A stretch of DNA of 64,000 bases from Lytechinus pictus (lineage: Eukaryota): contig NC_087251.1 in NCBI RefSeq assembly GCF_037042905.1, forward strand, positions 32,304,001 through 32,368,000, read 5' to 3'. The notes under the pieces were generated by a model. The model did not search any database. It was not told the DNA's origin and saw only the letters and a program-made list of their open reading frames with translations. Made by a program: the position numbers and the translations under genes. Of the stretch, positions 1-12,100 are shown piece by piece; position 1 is the stretch's first letter, and the number at the start of each line of letters is the position of its first letter.

Positions 1-131
1 TTTTACTTTTAATTCAGTATAATATTGTCTTTAATAAGAAACATTGGGCAGAGCTGTTTGACATGCCGAGCATTTCATTCGGTGAAAGATGACGTACACT
101 GTAGGGACTGGAATCGGCTAGCATTCGCCCA

Positions 132-148
132 TCAAGTTAGTCTGTCAA
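132..148 (-). CDS. SMOC: SMOC probable terminal coding exon, (I)DRLT-stop; the 3' UTR runs off the window start
   Basis: Acceptor ttcatctccccccag| in phase 1, with TGA at 134-132. Confidence 0.6.
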
Positions 149-3100
149 CTGGGGGGAGATGAAGTAAATAAAAAAATATATCATGAAAGCATTTTAAGAA
201 TGTTGGCATACATCCATGATAAGGTTGTGAAAACATTGCCTTATACACAGCTACATGCATATAGAGTTATATAATATTAATGTATGGATTGGTAAAACTT
301 TGGGGGTAGTTCAGTTTTCAAATGGTTCCAATAGCACTTCCAATACTTCTACCAAGGAGCTACTATCAATGGAGGAGAAGACTATTCGGGCGACCAATCT
401 TAAAGTGAGAATGACTAAACAACAGCAAGAGACTTACAAAGCTAACCATTATCATATAAACTAGCAACTATCCAAAGTGGTAGGACAGCACTATACGGTA
501 GTATAGGGCCTTCATCATAGTAGAATTTGGATCATTATATTAATCTGTTCCCCGCCATAATTATGTCTTTATCAATTTATTTATGGATGTTCTCCCATCT
601 CTCTGCCCCCCTCATTCCCCTCTATACCCATCCTTCTCTACCCATGTCCTCCTTTATACCCCCTATCCTTTATCATGTTTATCCTAACCCCCTTTCCTCT
701 ACCTCCCCCTTCTCCTCTCTCCTTCTCATTATAGTTTTGGAGTTCAATGACTTGTCCTTGAACCCACGGTCATGTATTCTAAGAATGTTCCTAAGCTTGT
801 ATAAGGAATAATTCAGGCGCTTGTGGGAACGGAATATTCTGTATCATCATACAGATAATGACAGAAAGAATGTTAAATGCAATGTTGAATGCACAATGGA
901 CACTGGTTTATGGTGGTAAAATGAGATTTAGGACAAAGATAGTTCAAGAGGCCCACACTTTTTTCGTCATAATCGAAATCGCCGATGTGATGATAAATTC
1001 TTCATTTCTATTAAAAAGGGTGACCAAATGTTCTTGTATATATTCATTAGTTCAAGAATGATCCCTATAGAGACTCATATCGATTTTTTTTCCTTTCATC
1101 TCTTTCAAATGAAAGGTGTGGAACTTTGGAGGTTAAATTTTGACGCACCATTATTGGTTAATCAAATACACAATTACATGTACTTCTATTTCTCAAACCT
1201 AAAAATCTAAAATATAACTGTCTTTAGTACGAAAGATAACTGTTTAAAATGTTTAAAATTCAAAGATAAAACTTGAGACTACTTACTAAATGGATTTCGC
1301 CCTCTTCTGGGGGGAGCTTCCGTTGCAACGGCTAAAAGAGGGAGAAAATGAAACAAAATAATGAAAAACAAATCCACCTTTTCATTTCCACCAAAATATT
1401 TCATCGAGTTTTGGTTGTTAGTGAAGCTGACGCTGTCTTAATTTTTTTTCAATTCTCAGAATTTTTATCCTTGATATATTTTACAGATTACAGGTTGATC
1501 ACATTCATTATTTTTATTACCTAATCACCGGAAATTTTTTATAGCGTGTATAACCTTATATGACAATATAATTAATTAACAGCAATATTCTTATGCTACT
1601 GAGTTATAAATTATGCTAAAATAATACATGCGCATACATATTCAACACTGTTTATGTTATTTTCAATGAATTAACTATTTCAGTCATTCATAACAACCTT
1701 TACATAATTGTACCCCTCCCCTAAAAAAAAGGAGAGAATTTGAGAATGGCCAAATTTCAGCTCATGTTGAAACCTTGAATAATGTAATAAGTCACAAAAA
1801 AATGAGAGTAAAAATAACTACACTGAAGACAGGGGCCGCGGGAAGGTTTCCAAAGTGGGGGGGGGGGGGGAGGGAGGGCTGAGCCAAAAGGGGGGGGGGC
1901 TGACCATGCAAAAATCACAATCATATGGTAATTTTTACGTTTTTGTACACGGTTTTGGAAAAAAGTGGGGCAGCTGAAGCCCCCCCCCCACCCCCCGCTT
2001 CCGCGGCCCCTAGAAGTGGATGACAGATAATACACCAACAGTTTTATTTTCGTTTTGTTCCGTTGCCTCTACAGTACATTTTTTTAAAATACATTTAAAA
2101 TCCACTCACCTGGTGTGATGTCAAAACAGTGGAGCCATTCCTTAAGAGATAGTCTGGAATCTTGATTTCCATCACAGAAGTCTAAGAAATTATTCCGACA
2201 TTTCTTACTCGACTTTATCTGGTCGATTTCAGGTACAAACGGTGCGGTTTCTTTCGCTTCCAGGTAATTATTACCATTTCTATCCAGTTGCCCGAACTTC
2301 CAAACTATCGATTCGTCTCTATGGTTTGGATTGAGGTCTTCTATTGCTTGCCTGGTAATTCACAAGGAAAAAAAAACATTTAAGATATAACCTTCAATGA
2401 TTCGTTCACAGCCAAGATATGTTATTGGAGCGTTTAAAGTGTGGACTATTAAAAAACGTTCTATTTTTTTGGAAAAAAACTATCACAATAATTTTTCTTA
2501 ATACGAATGGGATTTGTTAATATGATAGTCTAAAGTCTTCTCTATCACGACCAAGAACAAGAAAGAAGAAAAGGAAAGAAAAAGAAAGTCTGAAGAAAAG
2601 GAAAAAAAAATGAAACGTGATATATAAATTTCTGATTATTATGTCAAAATTTATCACAAAAGTATTTTTTTATAATTAATGTAGAAAATTTTGCTTGTTC
2701 TCTTTGCTCACTCAGTCCGTTTGCCCCAAATGCCATGTCTGGCCCCCTCAAAAATTGAGGCTCAAAACTTGCCCCCCCCCCCCTCCTAAAAAAAAAATCT
2801 GCGCTTATGGCCATGATCACTATTTACTATTCATATTGTTGATTCATACCCCAAAACTTCTCTAACAAAATGATGTAGCATAAAAAAAATCGATTTCATG
2901 TAAGAAAGAGGAAACCCATAGCTGACTGCAATGGCGTAATGAGCCCAAAATTTTCAGGGGCCAGACATGGCGTACAGGACCAAAAGCAAGCGAAGCGATC
3001 AAGCTAGTAAAAATATGGGTCTTTTTTATACCAAAATGTAATTTGTCATAAATTTTTACAAATTATTCAGATTTTTTTTTTTAATTTCACCCCTTTCCCT

Positions 3101-6100
3101 TTTATTTTCTTTCTTTTTCTCATTTTTTTTAAATCTTGGTCTCGAATTTCTTCCGGGGGGAGGGGGGGGGGTCCATATCTCCAAGCCTTCCTTCAATACG
3201 CCAATGACTAACTGTATGAGGACATCTTTCCAAAATCATCGTCTACGAACCATTCTGATCACTATCGAAATCTTGTAATATATTGGGCAAACTTTGGATT
3301 AACCATGACCCTACATTACCCTGAAATTCAGAGAAAATTCTTCGGAAAATTCGATTATGTTACGCATACGAGCGATTCACAATTATCATGTGTTTTGAAT
3401 TGGAAAATTTACATAGTACATGTCTTCGTATCATGCCTTGTATGTATGTTGTTAGTTGTTTGAAGTAAAATAATAAGCCTAACATCTCTCAGATTAATTC
3501 ATGCTCTTCCTTAATTTGGAGAATCAAATAACAAATACCACCATAAACATCATGCTTTTTACCATTTTCTTCATATCTATTGGTACAATCTTAAAAACGA
3601 TTGATCAAAACCAGTGGCGTACAGGGGGGGGGGGGGGGCTTGGGGGCATACCCCCCCCCCCTCAAATGTTTCACGACCAAGAAAAAAATGAGAAAAAGGA
3701 AAGAGAGAAGGGTAAAATATGATATTATTTCTGGATATTATGTCAAAATCTACCACAAAATCGTATTTTTGAAATAAAATTTAAAATTTTTGCTGAATCG
3801 CTTCGCTCGCAAATTTTTAGAAATTTTGCCCGAACATATGCCCGGATTATGTAAAAATATTGGTAGAAATCTGCCAAAATTGTGGTAGATTCTAACCTAT
3901 GATTTAGATAATTATGACATAATTCTATTTGGTCAGAAACACAGATTAAAAACATATTGTTTATTTCGACTTAAAAAAAGTATAAAATGGCGAAATGCAA
4001 ACTTACGTAGTTGTTTCTAGTAAAAGTGCATCTGTAACTGTCATTTCTGCGTATATGTTATCTATTAGTTTAATAAGAAATCTCTTCTTTTTATCATCTG
4101 GACAATCTGAAATGAAGACCAAAAAAAAACATAAACTGTTAAACATGTTCAAATCGGAGGCATGAAGTAGTCTAACAACTAACGTGATATATGTCATAAA
4201 GAAATAAAACATGTGATATAAAATCATTAAAATAAGATAGATACAACCATAATACAGAAGAAAATCAATACTCAAAGGGTGAATCAATTAAAATTAACGA
4301 CTAAAAACATTCAAAGATAATGATTAAAGACAAAAATTTAAGAGTTAGCGTCCGTTATAAGACATTTTTATTTTTAGTGGGCTAATTTCAACATATCAAA
4401 ACGTGTTTTTAATCAAATTGAATCAGATTTGAATAAAATTGGAATATGAAAAGAGAATTTTGAAAAATATAGGAACATTATGAATATCATATCATAAAGG
4501 CAAAATAATTTGTTTTAATGAATAACAAAAACAATGGTTCAAATACATCGTTGAAAATGTAAAGGAACGGATGTACAAATATCCTTCCAAAGAACATTTG
4601 GAACATCTCAACAACGTAAACAAAGAACAAGAAATAACAAAAACGATTAGGATAAACTAGGGAAAAGGAGCCAATTTTGTGGCAGCTGACACTCTGGAAA
4701 CTGTTTCCTGCGTCATGTTATCATACATGTATGAAACCAAAATTATCCAAACATTGCCTGGAGCAAAAGGGAAGAAAAACGTCAAAGATAATATGACCAC
4801 ATGCTAGGCTTTGGGTAAACGTAACCGCGTGATAGTATGACCTGGTCGATCAGAAACCGCTTACTTGGGGATTTCTGTTACAAGTGTACCTATAAAATTC
4901 CATCAATTCATACATTATACATACAGATCACTTTGTGCCGCTGGGTTCAAAGGTGACCCAAGCTTTATAAATAAATACACTCCATGAAATAAAACCATAA
5001 TCGAATTGTTCACTCCTTCTCAAAGGATGAGAGCGCGGAATGTTGCATTCGGAAATAATCTATGTCGTGTTCAGAACAAATTGAGTAGAATAAACGAAAT
5101 TTGTCAATTTCATATTACTTCAAATTCAATTTGTGAATGTAACCTTTCACAGTATGTTGTATGGCCAACTATGAGTTTTTGTTCAATTCATCTCTTTAAA
5201 GAATATTAACTTTACACTTAAATTCTATGACGACCCTCCATCATTAATTTTAGTAAATATTTTCTTGACATTATATTCTAGAGCCCCCTCCTCGGGCTCC
5301 CACCCCCTGCTTCTATGATTTTCTTTTCTCTTTCCCCTTTATACCGTTGCACTAACGATTTTCCCCAAGCCAGAGATGCTTCCAAAACACTCTTAACAAT
5401 ATCAGATTATACCATTACTTCATAAAGCTTTATCAAATAAAAATCCATTTCAGTTGGAACCTCCTTGACATTAATTCATTTTTCTTCGCTTCGTACTTGG
5501 TTTCCCATTTGGTATTCTCTCTCTCTTTCTCTCCCTCCCCCTCGGGAGCCATTCTTTCGTACGTGCTAGACAGGAACACTTATATCTGTTAGCCCACGCT
5601 TGCCATTTTCTTCTTCTACTACCCATCTGCATGTAAGAAACATGTCCAACTTAATTACACGCCTTGCAGAAAGCTTGATTTATCATCCAACGTAGACCAT
5701 CCCCCGCCCGTGTTTCTATCATGCTAGATTTCTTAATCCACCTAATATGGATGTTATTAGATTTGAAATAAACAATATTTGCCAGAGACGTAATCCGATA
5801 CCTTGGCAAGTAGAAAAAAAGTTTTTATTTCACGGAAGGGACGCGCCCACACCACAGCTGACTCGGACTCTGAAAACAGGGGAACCTAACGCCTATTTTA
5901 TATTGGCCGGCGAGTAGGACCAAGCAAAGTCTAAAGAATAATGTTTGATAATCATGACTGATATTTGAATAGATATGGTCACCGTAACCATGAAAAAGAC
6001 GCACATCAGATTCCAAAAAATATTACCGTACCTGATTGACCGTTCCGCCGCTACTAAACCAAGGTCTGCATGTAAGTGGTTCCAAGATACTCGTCAACAT

Positions 6101-9100
6101 TGACTTAAGCCTTATGAATATTCATCAATTCAATTGCTACCAGACCTTCAACAAACTGCAATTGTGTCTAACCGATTGACAAAATTTGATTTTGATATCG
6201 CACGGCCTGGCATGCCTGCACCTGAGTCAATCGAAGTTTTATGAATGCTTTCAGGAATCGCAACAGCAGATGAGAGTGGGTGTGGTTGTGTACCGACGCA
6301 CCCGTCTTGTGCAACCCTCGATATTTGACAAAATAAGAAATTAAGCAGAAGATATTGATCTTTTCTACGCCCTCTTCTTCTTCTTCCTCTTCCCAAATAA
6401 AATGGACAATGTCGAGTAGATGAGACGGACAGTCCCTGACAGTTTACTCTTTCACACCTGCATATAGACATACAAAGACCGTCTGACCTTGGACGGTTTT
6501 ATTCTGTGGACAGACAACAATTTGTAATTTGTCAGACAACATGCGGTCCCGTTTTTGCTTCTTTGTCATTGCTCATGTATTTTTTGTGGATACCACAATA
6601 GGGGTGACTGCCCTCTTGGCCTCCGTGAGCTAAGTCTGCGGTGGACTTGGTTTTAGATGGAGAAAAAAAATGGAGGAGAGGAGGTTCTGTTTTTACTTGG
6701 ATCGCATATCAAAAGTGGACATGGAGCGAATCGCACAGAGAAGCGCTGAGAAGATAATGATTACACCCAGATTGAGGTTGCTTTTATTTGTACTACATTC
6801 GGTCCAAAAACCCTTCTTCCGATCTGGCGGTGACAAGTGGCTATTTTGGACGAGATCCTCCTAACAAACTGTGACCTTAAAATAAGATTGATTCGAAGTT
6901 ATTTTTCTTCCTAAAGTATGTGAAAAATATGAATTTCCATTCTGTAACACACATTGTAGTCAATAACAATGTGATTTGTCACTCAAGATCGCCATTGATG
7001 ACAATTTCCGTCCCCTCACCATTTTTTAAAATTTATTTTCTAATAGAAAGTGACCCTCATCTCTAAAGAATCTTTCAATTATCAATTATAGTCATCAAAC
7101 ATGAACACATCTCCGAACGAAAAAAAAATCATTTTCCCTCTTGGAAATTCATGTAGCTGTGTAACATGTGTCATTTGCTCATGCTTGATTGTAAGGCTTA
7201 CCGCTCAACTCATTACATTGATAAAGAAGCTCTTCACACCATCAGCACGAACTACATTATTACATGAAGATTGAGAGTTATTAAACGATAATTGGTCGCG
7301 GATGCATTTTCCTAATAAATAAAGTTCAACTTCAAGGTCAAACCTTCCAATGCTTGTATTAAAGTGCGCGGCCGTGACGAACTCATTGAGAAAACTTTTT
7401 TTTCTCTTGATATATTAAACAGATTTTTTTTTATTCGGTGCAAAGCAAACTTCCATGCACCATGTCTGTGAAACTAAGGTCGGCTGCACTGTGCTGTACT
7501 ATAATTTAAAAAAAATATCGATTTACACACCATGTTTGAGCATGGTCTACACCGGCACGCCTTCGAAACACGGAATGTTTATCAGTGATTTATTTTCTTC
7601 TGAGTTTGGTCTGTATGACTTATGAGTGAAATGATTATGGTGCATGTTGTGTGAAAATACCACGATTTCAGATACATGGTTTTTTTTTTAAAGAAGGGTA
7701 TAAGCCTACTTATGTACTTCCGAAACGACCTGGGGTCCGTTGCAGAAAGAGTTGCGTTTAAACGCAAGTTCCAAATGCGCGCTGTTGATTGGTTGAAATC
7801 AAGTTACGCATGATTTTTAGAGTTGCGATTGATTGCAACTCTTTCTGCAACGGGCCCCTGTACTAATATGGATAAAGCTTGTATGAAAATCTTTAAACCG
7901 TCATCACGAATATTTCTATTTATTGCTCTCCCTCTCTCTTTCTTATCCCTTTTCTCTATTTCTTTATCTTCCCCTCTCCAAACACTCTCTATTCACATCT
8001 TTCAAATCTCTTCACTTCTCTCTCATTCATAAAGCAGGAGGGTGTAACCACAAGTTAAATACTGACACATGTTCAGTAATACTAGCCCAAAGCGAGCTCT
8101 CTATTGCTCTCCACGGGAATTGTTTGGATATCCGTAATTGCGTCTCTTTTCTCGTTCTCCGCAACAAACCAGCACTTTCTTCTTAATTGCAGATAATTTA
8201 CATCTATTTTAATGCGATAAAGGGTTTATTTCATTCCTTCTGTTTTTTCAAAAGCAGATATGAACAAATCTAAAAATAAATAGGTCGATCGCAGAAGAGG
8301 TCAATATCTAACTTAGATTAGTCACCGCTAATATCGCTGATATAACCATGGACCTATATAACCATGGACCTAGGTCCATGATATAACCATACATTTCGAT
8401 ATAAACTGCAAACTGCAAAACGACATTTCTTTCTATCATTTTGTCCTCTTTTAGGGCAGCACGTAACAAAGTCATGATAAGAATATAGTCATACCATGCA
8501 CCTAGGTCCATGGTCATATTATGTGTTCCCAACTTCCCATCGAACGGATTTGTCAAGGTCGTCCTGGTTATTCTTCAGTCTCTAAAGAATCTCACAGCGC
8601 CAGAAAATGGAACAAGCACAAGCGAGCTTGTCACTTTCTCTTCCAAACTTCAAAAATTGTATCTTTCCCTTACGATTTAACCCTAATCACACCATGCTCT
8701 AAAAACTTTCTGATTTCCATTTTATTCGATCGCACGACCGATTGTGACACACTGAGCACCAGTAAGGTAAGTCTTAAACTCCAGTCTAGATTTTTTAGGA
8801 GCCTATTCTTTGGCCACAACAATAAACGTTTCACGTCGGCAATCATCCTTTGACTAATTGCAGAGGTAAAAACCCAATTCTCACACTCCCAAACCCTTGA
8901 AACGATTCTCTCCCCACCAACCCACACTTTGTTGGGAGCTGTAAGGGGATCTAGAACATGACACTCCTTTGGCACAATAAGGATGTTTTCACTGGAATAA
9001 GTAGGCCAGCCTAACAAAAGCCCATGCTCCAATTTTGCTTTGCCACTGAATTCCTGAAGGGGTAAGGAGAATCCTGCAACTTGATAGAACCCTTCTCGGT

Positions 9101-12100
9101 GACTGTACAGGTGTTTTGCACCTGCGATTTGACACCCCACAGCACCCGACGGTCGAGCCCCTGCCGATCCGGGGGGCTTTTCGGCAATACATTGCTGCAT
9201 CCCTGGACCGCACCGAATTATTACCCTCATCTTCATTTCTGGTTCGACGCAGGCTTTACCACTCGCCATGAAGTGTAATTTAAAGAGAAAGGGGTATGCC
9301 TGGATATTAAAAACCAGTCTGCGCGTGCAAGGGTCGATAGTTTGAACTATTATATAGCCACACTTCTGAGTCGAATCCGAATAACAGTCCAACCTCTAGG
9401 GCCTTTACCCATGCTGCATCACTCTCTTTCTCCTTTTCTCTCCATCTCTCATTTCTATTCTCAATTTACTCCCCTACAGCCAACAAGAGTGAGAGATCCT
9501 GATTAGAGAAAGGAACTGTAAGAACTGTTTGCGTTGGATGTTCCTGATATCTGTCATACAATACAATTCAAGAAATTGTGATTGCTCTTCCCTTTCTAAC
9601 AGGTAGACTTCTGGCTTTATGGAATGGCCTTGTCCTTCATAGCAATATAAAGAAGTCAATCACTTACCGACAAAGACCCTTGGTGTGATTGGACCTCTTG
9701 AAGTAGCCAAAGGACTGCAGTCTTCCTTGGTAGAATCTCTGACAGATGTTCCTGGGATAGGTTTCCCTGTGTCCACATAGACACACCAGCAATACTGCAT
9801 CTGTTCATGGCACTGGACAGCCGTGTAGTCACCAGTGACGGTACACTGAGGTACGAACACTACGGATGCCGACGTTCTCTCCTGTTCCTCAAGGGCACGT
9901 TGTCTCTCCGTTTCGCACGATAAGACAGGTACATCTAAAATTGTGAGAAATAAAAACATGTCAATATAAAGATGCATAAAGTTCACTCGTAGGTAAAATG
10001 TCCTCAACAGAACATACCGTTTTTTTTTTTTTTGAAGCAACAATTAACTCGTCTCAAAGACGCAAATTGTTTCAGTTTCATTTCAAATTCCACCTCTCGG
10101 TGCTGTTGTACAATTAATGATATCGAAGGTGATGATAGGTTACGACTGAAGGGATTTGTGCTATCTTCGCTCTCTTCGTAAATGACACGAGGCGTATTTT
10201 CGTGTCCAAGTAGTTTGATTAATTTTCTGACAGTGTAAGATGTTTTATCGAAATTTAGAGTATTTCATTAAAATTGAAACCGTTACAGAGGATAGTTATT
10301 GTGATCTGGTAAGTAGTAATGGATATACCGAGTGATAAGTCTGTGAACATAGTTGATCGTTGACACACAAATATACTATCACCTAGCCTTTTGAAGGAAG
10401 GTATGTAAAGTATGAATCGAGTATTAAGTGAACTTGAGTGTTTCCACCTTTATTTGACCTTCATTCAAGAGCCGAAATGCAACACTTTCTCATGAGAAGA
10501 TATTCCGTCGCCTATATTAAGTGAACGCACTTTAATCATGTCAATCTTAAACACAAATTCTAAAAAATCTTGCGACTTTGAAAATGGCTAGAGGGAACGT
10601 CTGTTCTCTCCTCTACATTTATGGTCGACATTCGCATGTGGTTTGAAACTCTAGAATAAAGGTCAATATAAATAAAGGTCAAGCCGTTGCTAATTCGCAT
10701 TTCTAATCTGAAACTGTTTATAAAATAAATATTCACCTTTTCATGAAATCATAACAAGTTGGAAGGTGTTTTTCATTGCTGGATTGCCCGAGGTATGGGT
10801 ATGAAAACATCACCCAAGTAAAGTGAATTGTGAAAACCTTGCCAGCTATGATTGATGAGTTAAGGAGAGCCGAGCGCACCACCATGCATGAGAGATGGAA
10901 ATATACAAGATTTTAACCACCCAGACCATTTTCCCTTCGACGCGTCGACAATTGACACATTATTTTGACACAACTTCGTCTATATTTGGAAGTCGTAACG
11001 AAACTAAAGAATCACAGAAATCCGTCCAGTACGTCCAGTTAGCTCTCCCGATATACGTCATCACCACAGAGCGAAGCAATATTCATTTATTAATGAATGG
11101 TGGCAATCATTATATGGGAAAAATTACAATCACATCTCTAACTTTTGTTGTTTCAATGAAAATCATTATCATCACCCCACCAATAACCCTACATTCCTTG
11201 ATTAAACCAACTGCACGTGTGTGATGATAACTGATTAAAATGCCACAAGTATTTCATTTATATCCATGAAGAAACCTTTTTCTTATTCTCAATAACGTTT
11301 CAAAAAAGTATTAAAAAGCAAACGAAGCAAGCAAACAGTTAACAAACCTCCATTGCATCATGTGTTGAGAATATTACATTTGCATGGAGAAAAGAACGAC
11401 TTGCGAAAAAGAACATTTGATTTTTGGCATGCAATCCAAAGTGCACATTAATTTTTGTAGAGGTCTCTGGAATTTTGACTAAGTTGTGTGCAAAATGGCA
11501 GTTCCAAAACGGATGACTTTCGATGGATACCCCCATAAATGATAATCAAAACAACAAGGCCTTATTATATTCATGGAGATAAATGATAACCACAGGTATT
11601 CAAAGGAAAAGGACTGACATTTTTCAACGTTTTATTGAGAAGAGACATATTTGAAGTTGAGAAGAGTGATCATTTCAGTGGTACCCCTCGATCGAAACTA
11701 CTCTGGATATACCCTCTTATCCTGTCGACTAAATACCAAAAACTGGTGAGAGGATTTACAGTCTGATCCTTCTAGTGGATCTCGCTGATAGAAGGAATCA
11801 ACCTGGGTTTGTTTGGAAGGATTTAACTCTTCTCCTACCACGCCTCTCAATTCCCAGCTGACAAATTACACGGCCTGCATCCCGAGGGGATCGGGGGGTT
11901 AAGGTTTCACGACGCGAAGAAGACTTTCAATCTTCATTCCTCGGCGTACGCTTGGAATACTCAAACGTAATGCGTGGTTTCAGGAGTTTATTTTATATGA
12001 TCACAACGTTTGCTCAACATGGCAAGTTTGCTTCTCAACCAAAATAAGCAAAGGGAACATGTTCCAAAGCAAACCATTCTCAAATTCAAAATACCGGTAA

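Noticed and set aside
813..838. Alternative terminal exon (KYSVPTSA*)
   Set aside because: The acceptor lacks a good polypyrimidine tract compared with the one at 148, so it is kept only as a minor alternative.
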